From: an uncultured Candidatus Saccharibacteria bacterium
Lineage (GTDB): Bacteria; Patescibacteriota; Minisyncoccia; Phycocordibacterales; UBA1006
Direction of reading: 5' to 3'
DNA: 64,000 nucleotides
NCBI GenBank assembly: GCA_964507625.1
Contig: CAZDPR010000001.1
Span: 5,012 to 69,011, forward strand
Shown: positions 29,124-39,621 of the stretch, in pieces
Numbering within the stretch: position 1 is the first letter of the stretch
How the letters are laid out: every line of letters starts with the position of its first letter
Translations under genes and position numbers: made by a program
The notes under the pieces: model-generated
What the model was told of the DNA's origin: nothing
The model's database searches: none
Seen by the model: the letters and a program-made list of their open reading frames with translations, nothing else

Positions 29124-31856
29124 TTATTTTTTCATACGACCTCGAGCATCATTAGCGGCTCTATTTGCTGCTTGATTGTTCTTAATATTAGACCCACCAA
29201 TATTTCCGTTAGTAATAACTCCTAAAAGCCCAGAAAGACCTTGAGTATACATACCGCGATCTTTTTTTAACTCATACGAACCGGCAATATTTTCAAGAGT
29301 GGTATTTAAAACTTGTTGCCCCCGAAACTGAGTATCAAGTAATTGTGTTTGTAAACCTGTTCCAATATCGATAAATGTTTGAAGTCTCCCCATTTCTTGT
29401 TCTTGATATTTTTTAGTTGTATCTTTAATCGAGTCTTCGTAAATTTTAATTCTATTATCAAAATTCTCTTTAAGTTTTGAATCAGCTTTTTTAAGAATTG
29501 CAGCAGTTTCATTTATCTTAATATTTCTTTTTGTAATTAGATCTTTAATTCTATTCATTTCTTCTTGATTATTAAGTGTTTCCGCATCTTTAAATTCTTT
29601 CGCTAATTTTTCTCCTTCTGTTTTTTCTTTTAAATAATCTTCACGAGCTTTATCGTAATCTTTCTGTTCTTGACTATTTGTTTTTTGAATTTTTAGTTTT
29701 TCAATTTCATTTTTTAACCCGTTAATTGATTGGTTTTCCATTTCGTTAACATATTCTCCTAATTTATTATTTTCGTTCAAGTATGTTCCTTTTTCTTTTT
29801 CCAATATTAATTTTTCATTTTCCAATTGTTTTTTATAGTTTTTAGTTTCAATAATTTTTTTCTGTAATTCAATGCCTTTGTTTAATAATTTATCCCCTTC
29901 TCCTTCCGTATAATTACCTGCAGTTAGTTGTTTATCTATTGCATCATACTCTGCTTCCAATTTACTCAAATCTTCAAGACCATCAATTTTTGTGTTAACA
30001 TCATCAATTTTTGTGTTAACATCATCAATTTTTTTATTGTTTTCATTAATTTTACTATTTACTTTATCACTTTGAACTGTTTGATTTCCTGTTTCGATTT
30101 CAATTTTTTGTTTCTCTGCTTCTAATTTTTCTTGGTTTTCAGCTAATTCTTTTCTAATAATATCTTCTCGTTCTTTGTTTTTAGCTTCTCGTTTACCTGC
30201 AACATAATCAGTATTTTCTTTCGATCGTTTTTCTGCATTTTTTGAAACATCGCCTAAATAATTATCAATACTTTTCTTACCATACTTACCTTCTGTTAAA
30301 TAGTTACTTTTACTACCAGTTCCAATATTAATATCACCAGCACCAATTTTATTGGTTGCTTGACCAAATCTTTTCATAAATTGGGCATTATTACGAACAT
30401 CAAATGTTAGCGCGCTTGTTTTATCTCCTGCCTGCATAAAGTTTCGTGCAGCCCAACCAGAAATACCGCCTTTTTCTGCTGTTTTTAATAATCCCTCACT
30501 ATTCCCAATAGCAGCACCTGCGCGTCCAAGTGTTTGTCTCCCTAAAAAGGCTGCTCCCCCCAATGTTGCACCTGCGGCAACACCTGTCGCCATTGTTCCA
30601 ATAGTACCACTCACCTTTGCGGCCATTTCACCGATCACTCCAGCCATTTGTGTTGCAAATTTTTTCCCTTGCATGAGAATAAAAAGAGAAATAAGTAATG
30701 GGATTAATGTTTTTAAAACAATTCCTACAACATTAATAAGCCAAAACCCATCTCCTTCTAGTTGACTCGCAACACTATTCCCAATATCAAGTTTTAAAAG
30801 AGTAGCCGCCAGATAAACAAAAAATAAATATAATGGAGTTAAAAAAGCAAGATTAGTAAAATTTTTCATCCAATTTTCAAAACCAATATAGGGATTTTTT
30901 TCTAAAAAAGGAATTGCAAATGAAACAAAAGCAATTGGAGATAAAATAATTCCAAGCCACAAACCAATAATTCGTCCAAGAAAAATTAATCCCATTTGTA
31001 CAAACATGGCAATTAATATAAGGAGTATAAAAAATATCATAAACCCAACAATAAGATATGAAGTATAAGAACCTTCTTGGTCAGTTTTTATGTTGGCCTG
31101 CTTAAAAAGTGTTTGAGGTTGAACATTTTTTATTAACTGCATGGATATTGGTTTTACTTGATTATCTCGCATTACTCTTTCAATGGTTCCAACCTTATCA
31201 ATATTAGCTTGACCGACTACAATCTGGTTTGCGATTACATGAGAAAAAACATCTGCAGTTTGAATAATTATTCTACAAAAAAACATACTGAAATTAACAA
31301 GGAGTGCCATAATAACAACGCGCACAACTGTTTTTTTTGGACTAAACCCATTCAAAACTCCATCACCTCCTTCTTTTCCTGCGATAAGCATAAAGGCAGA
31401 AGTAAAGAGGGCAAAAATAAATCCAATATTTGCCAAGTCACGAGTAATTTTCCATGCAGATTGAATACCGCTCTCAATAGAGCTCCCAGGAACACCATAC
31501 ACTATTGGGTTGATTGACATTGTTAAAAAAACATCAGCTAAAATACCGGTAAGCATTGCAATAGCATTAGGAACAAAGGTTACCAGGTCTATAATCACAA
31601 GCACTAATGAACACCCAAAATCTTTCCAGCCACAGTCGACAAAATCGTTTGCCTGAGACTCTGTTCCAGAAGTTTGAGCCAAAACAAAACTTTTTTCGAC
31701 AGACACGTTAAATAAGTTTCCACCCACATTATCAAAATCTATAGATTGACCAATGGGATTTTTAACACCCTTCTGGGTAACAGAAAAAGTCATAGGAGTA
31801 AAAATTCCCATGAAACTAAAAAAAAGTATTAACGATGCAATAAATGAACGCATCAT
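29124..31856 (-). CDS. VirB6/TrbL-like polytopic membrane protein with long coiled-coil C-terminus
   Basis: WKITRDLANIGFIF, ALLVNFSMF, RIIGLWLGIILSPIAF, Gly/Ala-rich stretch, K/E-rich coiled coil. Confidence 0.8.
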   Translation of the reverse strand: MMRSFIASLILFFSFMGIFTPMTFSVTQKGVKNPIGQSIDFDNVGGNLFNVSVEKSFVLAQTSGTESQANDFVDCGWKDFGCSLVLVIIDLVTFVPNAIAMLTGILADVFLTMSINPIVYGVPGSSIESGIQSAWKITRDLANIGFIFALFTSAFMLIAGKEGGDGVLNGFSPKKTVVRVVIMALLVNFSMFFCRIIIQTADVFSHVIANQIVVGQANIDKVGTIERVMRDNQVKPISMQLIKNVQPQTLFKQANIKTDQEGSYTSYLIVGFMIFFILLILIAMFVQMGLIFLGRIIGLWLGIILSPIAFVSFAIPFLEKNPYIGFENWMKNFTNLAFLTPLYLFFVYLAATLLKLDIGNSVASQLEGDGFWLINVVGIVLKTLIPLLISLFILMQGKKFATQMAGVIGEMAAKVSGTIGTMATGVAAGATLGGAAFLGRQTLGRAGAAIGNSEGLLKTAEKGGISGWAARNFMQAGDKTSALTFDVRNNAQFMKRFGQATNKIGAGDINIGTGSKSNYLTEGKYGKKSIDNYLGDVSKNAEKRSKENTDYVAGKREAKNKEREDIIRKELAENQEKLEAEKQKIEIETGNQTVQSDKVNSKINENNKKIDDVNTKIDDVNTKIDGLEDLSKLEAEYDAIDKQLTAGNYTEGEGDKLLNKGIELQKKIIETKNYKKQLENEKLILEKEKGTYLNENNKLGEYVNEMENQSINGLKNEIEKLKIQKTNSQEQKDYDKAREDYLKEKTEGEKLAKEFKDAETLNNQEEMNRIKDLITKRNIKINETAAILKKADSKLKENFDNRIKIYEDSIKDTTKKYQEQEMGRLQTFIDIGTGLQTQLLDTQFRGQQVLNTTLENIAGSYELKKDRGMYTQGLSGLLGVITNGNIGGSNIKNNQAANRAANDARGRMKK
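29981..30033. repeat. 21-bp in-frame tandem repeat (KIDDVNT heptad) in the VirB6-like coiled coil
   Basis: CATCAATTTTTGTGTTAACAT, about 2.5 copies. Confidence 0.85.
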
Positions 31857-31922
31857 AACTGTTGTTAGTATAACATAGGTAGTTATTTAATTACAATAAA
31901 AATAAAAAGCCATAACGGCTTT

Positions 31923-34793
31923 TTATTGTGAAAATGAATCTTTAAAAATATAACTCACAATTTCACTTTCTTTTGTGGTATACCACTGAGATCCATTAAT
32001 AAGTTTACATCGTAATTCTCCATTTTTCTTTGTACCCCTATCATCATTAACTTCTAATAACCATACAGAAAATGGACAAAGATAATGACGATTTAAACTT
32101 CTTTCTCCTGGGTCTTGATTAAAAATTTCCCAAATATTTCGCGCAGGTTGTACCTGGTATTTATCGCTCGAATCACGACTTTCCCGAATACCTGTATCCT
32201 GATAACAAGGTCCAGTGGTTGGGTTTGCGCATTGACCACCCTCTATCATATCTTCTGGAAAACGGGTTGGGTCAGTAGTAAGAATCGATGAACTACCATC
32301 CTGAATACCCAAACGAACTACATCAGTTCTAAACTCATTTTGTCGTCGTATTAGTATTTGTCGTAATTGTTCATGAGCATTTTTATTTGTTGGAGCACTT
32401 GGGTTTCCAATAAGCCCAACATTTTGTTCAGTAATAGTTCTAAGTAATCTACAATCATGGAGATTGTCTTGAATGTCTAAGGTTATGGATCGTAATTCAT
32501 TAATATCTAATTCTGACTGGTCAACATCTCTTTTTATTGAAACTCTTTCAGCAACTGCATTATATTCTGTTCTGATTTGATTTTTTTTCTCTAAAAATAA
32601 TTCAGATCGGGATATTGGTGCGGTTCCCAATATCTGCTCTCGTCGTTGTTGCAACTCTACAACAGAAGGTTGTCCAAAATTCCAATAATCAGATGCAGTA
32701 ATACTGGTCCCTTGAATAGTATCTATTTGAACTAATTTAAAATATGCTTCTGGTTTTTCCCAAATATTCCAAAAATGATTCATTACATAGTCAAACTCAC
32801 CTTGTTCACTAGTTGGAACATCTGTAGCAGTTGAATTTTTTACCCAATTCAGCATTTCTGTTTTATCCGCCCTTGAAAGCGCTTTCCATTCCGAAGGGGA
32901 AAAAACAATTTTTGTTCGTATTGATTCAGGAATAATTCCACTAGGAATCAATGCAAAGCTTTGACGAATATCATTTTTAAGCTTTCTTAAAACATTTAAT
33001 GCAGTTTGTTTTTTAATTAGATCGGATCGTTTTTTTCCGTATACTTTTTGCACATCAATTAATTTATTGGTTTGAGATTGAAAAGTAAATGCTCCTGGAA
33101 TATTTCGCTCTGGGTCTGACATCCATACTTCTACTTCTGCCTTAGCGAGAGGTACTGCGGTTTCAATAATATCTTTTGCTTGCTCTCTATTTTCTTGTTT
33201 ATTATCAGTTCCTCCCCCTGATGCAAGTTTTGCTTCTAAATTTCTTGTTTGTACTTGAACATATTTATCAATTTTATCTACAAAATCAAAGTCAGGACCA
33301 GGAACACATGCGCTGAGTTGCGAAACGAGCTTTGGAAATGATTTGTTTTCATTTACTCCATTTTCTTCTACAGACACCAGTGGTTTACCTCCGATAATAG
33401 ATATGTATTCTTGAATTAGTCGTAATTCTTGCTCTGTATATTCAAGCGCAAGACTAAAATCAGATCGTAAATCCACAACGTTTATAGGGGCTTGTGTCCA
33501 ATTTATAATTCCACCTGAAACTGATTGGAGTTGTTCTGGTCCTCCAATGGCGGGGGGTGATTGTCGATAATCAGCACGAAGTGATGCAAGTCCCGACTGA
33601 AGAAAGCTGTTTGCCATACTTACAAAAATACCCGCAACCACCTCTCCAATTTCATCAACGTTTTTAATTTTATCCATCGCGAGATCAGTAGCTCCTTGCA
33701 GACCACTCGATACTAACCCTAAAGGATTTTGGATTGTTTCTACTAAACATCGTCCAAAATCTTCAACTAAAACTTGTGTATTTGTTGCGAGCGTGTTTCT
33801 TAATCCCTGTACCTGACCCTGAATTTCTTTTATTTCCTCTAGTTCTTTATTATACCGGGCAATATCATTTCCCCAGTTTTTATATTCATCTTGTAACATT
33901 GACATTTCTATTTGTAGTTGTTGTGCTCTCGTTTCATTTCCCGCATTTTTTGCTTCTTGTATTTTAGGTGGAAATGCAGTAATTTTGGGAGATAAAAGCA
34001 TTTGTTCCTGTATTGCTTCTTGTATAAGTGTATTTAATCGATTGATTTCTTGTTGCGCCATTTTTAATGCGGTAGTATCTTCACCTGTTTCAATCTGTTG
34101 TTGATTTACACCCTGAAACTCATCTCTATTTTTCTTTATTGTTTTAATTTGTTGTGCATAGTCAGAAAAATTAAGTGAACACGCCTGTTGCTGAGGGAGT
34201 ATTCCTGGGCTCGTTAATTTAATCATTTCGTTTTCCCGAGCACGCTCAATAGTTACCCCTAATTGTCGTTGTGCGATCAAGCTTGAACCAATTCCAGTAT
34301 TTCCAGGAATAGACATGGCGAGCAATCCATCGTAACCACCAACACTTGCGTCTTCGTAAAATTCCTGCCAGCGACTACCAACAACTCTATCAAGATTAAA
34401 ACCACCAATAGTGTCAGGTATACCAGGTCCTCCAGCTGTTGAATAAGCAAAAATCATACTACGTGCAATATTTTGAGCGAAAGGGTTTTGTGAAACCTCT
34501 AAGTCAGTAACAAATTTTTGAATTTTTGTTCGTTCGAGATCTGCAAAATAACTATTAAAATCATTTACAAAACTTGGCTGACTATCGTCACCACTGGCCC
34601 CACCATTTGCCTTATTAAAAATTTTATTAGCAAGTTTCGTTCCCGCAGTAGACGCAAGTACATATGCAAGCGTGTCGAGTCCATATTCTTTTATTTGGTT
34701 TGCAACATCAACAAATTGAGCTTGGGATATTTGAGGAACCATGATTACAAAAAGTAATAAAAGGGTAATATTTTTTTTTGTTTTCTTAAACAT
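31923..34793 (-). CDS. Large secreted protein with coiled-coil insert (T4SS-cluster associated)
   Basis: 956 aa; signal peptide, KEYGLDTLA, QPSFVND, VDEIGEV, CVPGPD motifs. Confidence 0.7.
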   Translation of the reverse strand: MFKKTKKNITLLLLFVIMVPQISQAQFVDVANQIKEYGLDTLAYVLASTAGTKLANKIFNKANGGASGDDSQPSFVNDFNSYFADLERTKIQKFVTDLEVSQNPFAQNIARSMIFAYSTAGGPGIPDTIGGFNLDRVVGSRWQEFYEDASVGGYDGLLAMSIPGNTGIGSSLIAQRQLGVTIERARENEMIKLTSPGILPQQQACSLNFSDYAQQIKTIKKNRDEFQGVNQQQIETGEDTTALKMAQQEINRLNTLIQEAIQEQMLLSPKITAFPPKIQEAKNAGNETRAQQLQIEMSMLQDEYKNWGNDIARYNKELEEIKEIQGQVQGLRNTLATNTQVLVEDFGRCLVETIQNPLGLVSSGLQGATDLAMDKIKNVDEIGEVVAGIFVSMANSFLQSGLASLRADYRQSPPAIGGPEQLQSVSGGIINWTQAPINVVDLRSDFSLALEYTEQELRLIQEYISIIGGKPLVSVEENGVNENKSFPKLVSQLSACVPGPDFDFVDKIDKYVQVQTRNLEAKLASGGGTDNKQENREQAKDIIETAVPLAKAEVEVWMSDPERNIPGAFTFQSQTNKLIDVQKVYGKKRSDLIKKQTALNVLRKLKNDIRQSFALIPSGIIPESIRTKIVFSPSEWKALSRADKTEMLNWVKNSTATDVPTSEQGEFDYVMNHFWNIWEKPEAYFKLVQIDTIQGTSITASDYWNFGQPSVVELQQRREQILGTAPISRSELFLEKKNQIRTEYNAVAERVSIKRDVDQSELDINELRSITLDIQDNLHDCRLLRTITEQNVGLIGNPSAPTNKNAHEQLRQILIRRQNEFRTDVVRLGIQDGSSSILTTDPTRFPEDMIEGGQCANPTTGPCYQDTGIRESRDSSDKYQVQPARNIWEIFNQDPGERSLNRHYLCPFSVWLLEVNDDRGTKKNGELRCKLINGSQWYTTKESEIVSYIFKDSFSQ

Positions 34794-34798
34794 ATTGT

Positions 34799-35752
34799 TT
34801 ATAAGTTAAATAAAATAGTAAATTCAGAAATTTTTTTTTCAACAACATTTATATTTTTTTGAAGCACTAGAAATAAAATCATATTCATCATATCTTGGTC
34901 TTCTGCCGGAAGGTTATTTTTTTGTAAAAAAGTGTCATGAATTTTTGCTAGCGCATTCATAAGTGCTAAGTGTTGATCGATATAATCAAAAGGTACCGGG
35001 ATAGTATATATTTCTCGAGTAAGATTTTGGAATAATATTCTATCTGCTGAAGTGTCAGTATTATTGAAAAAGTTTGGATACCGATTATAAATATCTTGAA
35101 TATTTATTCTTTCGATTATTTTTTTTATTTTTTCCTCATAATCAGATAGTTCTTTGTTTATATTTACCCCTTCTTCATCAAAAATAACTACAACATCTTG
35201 TTCTGCATAAGTTGTCATTTGTCTATCAATAGTGTCTGCAAGATCGAGAATTTCTTTTGCAGTTGCTGCTTGAAGATTTTCTTGGTAATTCCTTCCTATA
35301 GGATTTGTTCGTGCTCTCTCATAAATTGCAAGCGCTAATTGATCACTCGTAGTTAAAATACCTATAGTGTCATTAATAATTGACCGCATTTCAATAGGAA
35401 CTTCTTCGATTGTGGTAAATACCTCAGAATCAGTTCCAATTAATGCTTCTTGCCAATCAGGAATTCCATCCCCATCTGTATCTTTATTAATAACAAAGGA
35501 AACATTTCTCTTGTTGGTATCTATAACTGGTGCAGGAATATCATTCGGTGGAAAAACCTTGGTTTCTATTTTTTTAAATAGTCCAATGATTTGAGACCGC
35601 AACATAATAATGATTACTACGACGAGTATTCCAAATACAGTGAATACTAATTTTTTACTCGGTAAATAACTACTCAATGATCCTGAATATTGTTTTGGTG
35701 GTTCCATGTAATTCTGATCATTTTTTTGTTCATAAAAAAATTTATTTCGCAT
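34799..35752 (-). CDS. Membrane-anchored protein with a DxDxDG calcium-binding motif
   Basis: One TM helix, KDTDGDGIPDWQEALIGTD. Confidence 0.7.
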   Translation of the reverse strand: MRNKFFYEQKNDQNYMEPPKQYSGSLSSYLPSKKLVFTVFGILVVVIIIMLRSQIIGLFKKIETKVFPPNDIPAPVIDTNKRNVSFVINKDTDGDGIPDWQEALIGTDSEVFTTIEEVPIEMRSIINDTIGILTTSDQLALAIYERARTNPIGRNYQENLQAATAKEILDLADTIDRQMTTYAEQDVVVIFDEEGVNINKELSDYEEKIKKIIERINIQDIYNRYPNFFNNTDTSADRILFQNLTREIYTIPVPFDYIDQHLALMNALAKIHDTFLQKNNLPAEDQDMMNMILFLVLQKNINVVEKKISEFTILFNL

Positions 35753-35818
35753 ATCATATAATAGTGTACCAAAAAAGAAAAAAAATAGATATAAAAAACA
35801 CACCACACGGTATGTTTT

Positions 35819-36622
35819 TTATATTAATTGTTCTGCAATAAAAAGCCATGTATCGAGACATATGTCTTCTGCACGAACCGTAGGAGAAAGTTTTGCTTCC
35901 TGGAATAATTTTTCTAATATTTCTTGTGGAATAGAGAGTTCTTGATGTATGTTTTTTAATGCAAGTTTTCTTTTATGTGCAAATCCAGCATGGATTAGTT
36001 GAAAGAACATGTTTTCGTGTTTATGAGAAGTGAAATTTTTTCGAGAAATATCATAAACCGCAATAACACTGGAATCAACTTTTGGGGGAGGGTTAAAGTT
36101 TCCTTTTCCAACATGGGTAATTAATTTTGGTGTTCCATAAGCCTGAACACTCAATGATAATAATGAGTGTTTTTGATCACGAGCTAGAATTCGGGTTGCA
36201 ACTTCTTTCTGAATTAATATAACCATCTGTTTTGGTTGATTATTAAGTGTTAAAAAGTGCCGTAAAATGAGACCGGTAATATTATAAGGAATATTGGCAG
36301 CAATTTGATACTCTTCTCTACCAATAACGGTCTCCAAAGGAAATTGAATAACGTCATCATGAACAAGTTGTAAGTTTCCCTGCTGAATGTCGATAATAAA
36401 TTTTTCTCCAAGAATGGTGAAAAGTTCTCTGTCTTTTTCAATAGCTAATACTCTTTTTCCTGTTCGGATCAGTTTTTCCGTAATTGCCCCCAATCCAGGA
36501 CCAATTTCAACAATCCAGGGAGCAGGACACGATCGGGTCTGCTCTACAATAGTTTTAATAACTCTTTGGGAGTTGAGAAAGTTTTGACCAAGAGATTTTT
36601 TTGGGATTACCGGAAGTGGCAT
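35819..36622 (-). CDS. rsmA: 16S rRNA adenine dimethyltransferase RsmA/KsgA
   Basis: KKSLGQNFL, EIGPGLG, ANIPYNIT, PPPKVDS. Confidence 0.97.
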   Translation of the reverse strand: MPLPVIPKKSLGQNFLNSQRVIKTIVEQTRSCPAPWIVEIGPGLGAITEKLIRTGKRVLAIEKDRELFTILGEKFIIDIQQGNLQLVHDDVIQFPLETVIGREEYQIAANIPYNITGLILRHFLTLNNQPKQMVILIQKEVATRILARDQKHSLLSLSVQAYGTPKLITHVGKGNFNPPPKVDSSVIAVYDISRKNFTSHKHENMFFQLIHAGFAHKRKLALKNIHQELSIPQEILEKLFQEAKLSPTVRAEDICLDTWLFIAEQLI

Positions 36623-36938
36623 ATGTTCGCACAGTACCACAAAAAAGACATCTTGTCCTTATTTTGACAATTTTTGTATAATGTTTCTTAACTATGAATG
36701 TTCCTTGTCAGAGGGTGATACTATGCTACCCTAGTAAGGTACATAAAAGTTTACCTTTTATATTCTGTTACTGAAGTATGATAGACATGGATGCACGAAT
36801 GGATACCTGTAAAAAGGGGTAAAAACTCATTCTTTTTCGAAATAATGGTCTTGTTTTTATCTCTAAAGCTTTTGGCTTATAAATAATCATTTTTTTGGGA
36901 AAAAAACCCTAAATATAATAACATACATCACATTAACA

Positions 36939-38006
36939 TTGGTTGCTGTATGGCTTACTAGCCCTACAGTTGTTTTTGCAACTCTCTTTAAATCATTTGC
37001 CTCAGCAAGTGCTACAAAATCAGAAAGTTTACAAACACTTCCAATTTTACAAGCAAAATTATCACCTATGGTACTCACTTCCGTTGGGGGTCCATCAGCA
37101 GACATTACGAGTGATGCACTTTCAGGAAATTTTTCATTGTATACTCTGGATAATGTATTTGTTCCTGAAAAAGAAACAATTACTACCTATGTGGTACAGC
37201 CTGGTGATACCATTTCTCAAATTGCAGAAAAATTTGGAGTAAGCACTAATACGATTCGTTGGGCAAATGATATTCCAGCAAAAGGAACTATTCGTGTCGG
37301 ACAAAATTTAGTAATTTTACCAATTACCGGAGTAAAACACGCAGTTGTAAAGGGGGATACATTGGCAAGTATTGCTAAAAAATATAAAGCTGATATTAAT
37401 GAAATTTCTTCGTACAATGATATACCACTAAACGAACCACTGGTTACAGGGTCAGAACTTTTAATTCCTGATGGAGAAATTGTATATTCACAAACACAAA
37501 TTGCTCAAAATACACAAAAAACTAAACCAGTAACAAGTACAGGTAGTCAATCTGTTGTAGTGAGTAGTAATGCTGGAAAAAGTAGTGATGCGCAATATAC
37601 CTCAGCAATGCTCCAGGCTCAACAAGTTGGAAGAAATAATACAAAATCAGCTCCTGCAGGATACTTTATTAAACCAGTAAAAGGAATTAAAACACAAGGA
37701 TTCCATGGCCCATATAATGCAGTTGATATCGGGGCGCCAGTAGGAACACCAATTGTGGCAGCTGCTGCTGGAACAGTGATTCTCGCAAAAGCATCTGGAT
37801 GGAACGGTGGGTATGGAGGTCTTACTATCATCCAACATGACAACGGTTCTCAGAGTTTGTATTCTCATCAAAGCAAAGTAATTGTTTCGGTAGGTCAAAA
37901 AGTTTCCCAAGGACAAAAAATTGGAGAAGTTGGAAATACTGGACGATCTTCAGGTCCTCATCTCCACTTAGAGTTCCGCGGAGTGAAAACGCCAATATTA
38001 TATTAA
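36939..38006 (+). CDS. LysM x2 + M23 family peptidase
   Basis: YVVQPGDTISQIA, VVKGDTLASIAKKY, NAVDIG, YSH, GRSSGPHLHLE; start codon uncertain. Confidence 0.92.
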   Translation: MVAVWLTSPTVVFATLFKSFASASATKSESLQTLPILQAKLSPMVLTSVGGPSADITSDALSGNFSLYTLDNVFVPEKETITTYVVQPGDTISQIAEKFGVSTNTIRWANDIPAKGTIRVGQNLVILPITGVKHAVVKGDTLASIAKKYKADINEISSYNDIPLNEPLVTGSELLIPDGEIVYSQTQIAQNTQKTKPVTSTGSQSVVVSSNAGKSSDAQYTSAMLQAQQVGRNNTKSAPAGYFIKPVKGIKTQGFHGPYNAVDIGAPVGTPIVAAAAGTVILAKASGWNGGYGGLTIIQHDNGSQSLYSHQSKVIVSVGQKVSQGQKIGEVGNTGRSSGPHLHLEFRGVKTPILY

Positions 38007-38043
38007 TTATAAAAACAGTCTTTTCAGACTGTTTTTATAATTA

Positions 38044-39558
38044 TCATTGTTTTGGTCGGTATTGTAACGCTTCTAATATATGATCAGGCATAATCACTGG
38101 ACAATGTTCCAAATCTGCAATTGTTTGAGCAAGTTTAATGACTCGATGATATGCACGAGGAGATAATTTTAACTTTTCAGCGCTCGTATTGAGTATATTT
38201 TTTACTTCAGGAGAAAGTGATATTTTTTCAATATCACGTGCAGACATGTGTGCATTACATTTTGATTTTGAATTAAATCGCTTTTCTTGAATAGCTCTTG
38301 TTTTTATAACTCGATTACGAACATTATTACTGGATTCGCTATTTTGGGAAGTACTGAGTTTTTCATAATCAATATGTTCTACCGGAATCCAAATATCAAT
38401 ACGGTCAATAATTGGTCCAGAAATTTTTCTAGCATAACGTGCAATATCAGATTGTGTGCATATACATTTTTTATGGAGCGACCCTTTATTTCCGCATGGG
38501 CAAGGATTCATTGCTGCAATTAAAATAAATTGCGACGGAAACGAAATAGTTCCTTTTGCACGGGAAATGGTTACAATCCTGTCTTCTAAAGGCTGTCGTA
38601 ATGATTCTAGTACTCTATTTTCAAACTCAGGAAATTCATCAAGAAACAAAACCCCGTGATGTGCTAATGTTACCTCACCGGGTTTTGGAATAGCGCCTCC
38701 TCCAATTAATGAAACATAACTGGCAGTGTGGTGTGGTGAACGAAACGGAGGATGGGTAATGAGTGGTTCTTGTAATATTCCTGAAATACTATGAATACCA
38801 GTAATAACAAGTGCTTCATCTGTTGATAGTTGAGGAAGTATTCCTGAAAAAGCTCGTGCAAGCATTGTTTTTCCAGTTCCTGGTGGGCCGTACATAACAA
38901 TATTATGACACCCTGCTGCAGCTATTTCGAGTCCTCGTTTTGCAATTTCTTGACCTTTGATGTCGTTAAAATCAGTCGCTACCTGGGATTCTTTTTTAAT
39001 AATTATTGTTTTTTCTTGGGGTTGTATTTTCTGTTTATCAGTGAGATGGTTAATAATTTCAATGAGGGTTTTTGTAGGATAAATAGTAATTCCGTCGATG
39101 AGTGCAGCTTCTTCTCGATTATCGTAGGGTACAAAAATTTCTAAAAAACCTTTTGCTTTAGCGTGTTGTACCAAAGGAAGTATTCCATTCACTTTTCCAA
39201 CATCACCATTCAATGATAATTCTCCTAAAAATATTTTTGATTCAGGATCAAATACGATAGAGTGTGATGATAACAAGTATCCAAGCGCAATTGCAACATC
39301 AAAATAGGAACCTTCCTTTTTTATTTCTGCTGGAGCCAACGATACCACGGTTTTAAAATTTTCTTGTTTCGGAGAAATGAATCCAGAATTTTTAAGTGCA
39401 CTTGATACGCGATCACGAGATTCTTCCACCGCTTTATCAGGTAGGCCGATAATCGTAAAACTGTGCATACCGTTCGTAATATCTACTTCAACCGTAATGA
39501 TGTGTCCCTGTAAATGAAATGGCTGTGCACTATATACACGTGAAAATGTGGAGAGCAT
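38044..39558 (-). CDS. comM: YifB/ComM Mg-chelatase-like AAA+ ATPase (competence helicase)
   Basis: GLPDKAVEESRDRV, GPPGTGKT, PFRSPHHT, LFLDEFPEF, AMNPCPCG. Confidence 0.93.
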   Translation of the reverse strand: MLSTFSRVYSAQPFHLQGHIITVEVDITNGMHSFTIIGLPDKAVEESRDRVSSALKNSGFISPKQENFKTVVSLAPAEIKKEGSYFDVAIALGYLLSSHSIVFDPESKIFLGELSLNGDVGKVNGILPLVQHAKAKGFLEIFVPYDNREEAALIDGITIYPTKTLIEIINHLTDKQKIQPQEKTIIIKKESQVATDFNDIKGQEIAKRGLEIAAAGCHNIVMYGPPGTGKTMLARAFSGILPQLSTDEALVITGIHSISGILQEPLITHPPFRSPHHTASYVSLIGGGAIPKPGEVTLAHHGVLFLDEFPEFENRVLESLRQPLEDRIVTISRAKGTISFPSQFILIAAMNPCPCGNKGSLHKKCICTQSDIARYARKISGPIIDRIDIWIPVEHIDYEKLSTSQNSESSNNVRNRVIKTRAIQEKRFNSKSKCNAHMSARDIEKISLSPEVKNILNTSAEKLKLSPRAYHRVIKLAQTIADLEHCPVIMPDHILEALQYRPKQ

Positions 39559-39621
39559 ATGAATAAATTATAATACAAAATGTGTAATTAAAAAATAAAA
39601 CACCGTACGGTGTTTTATTTT

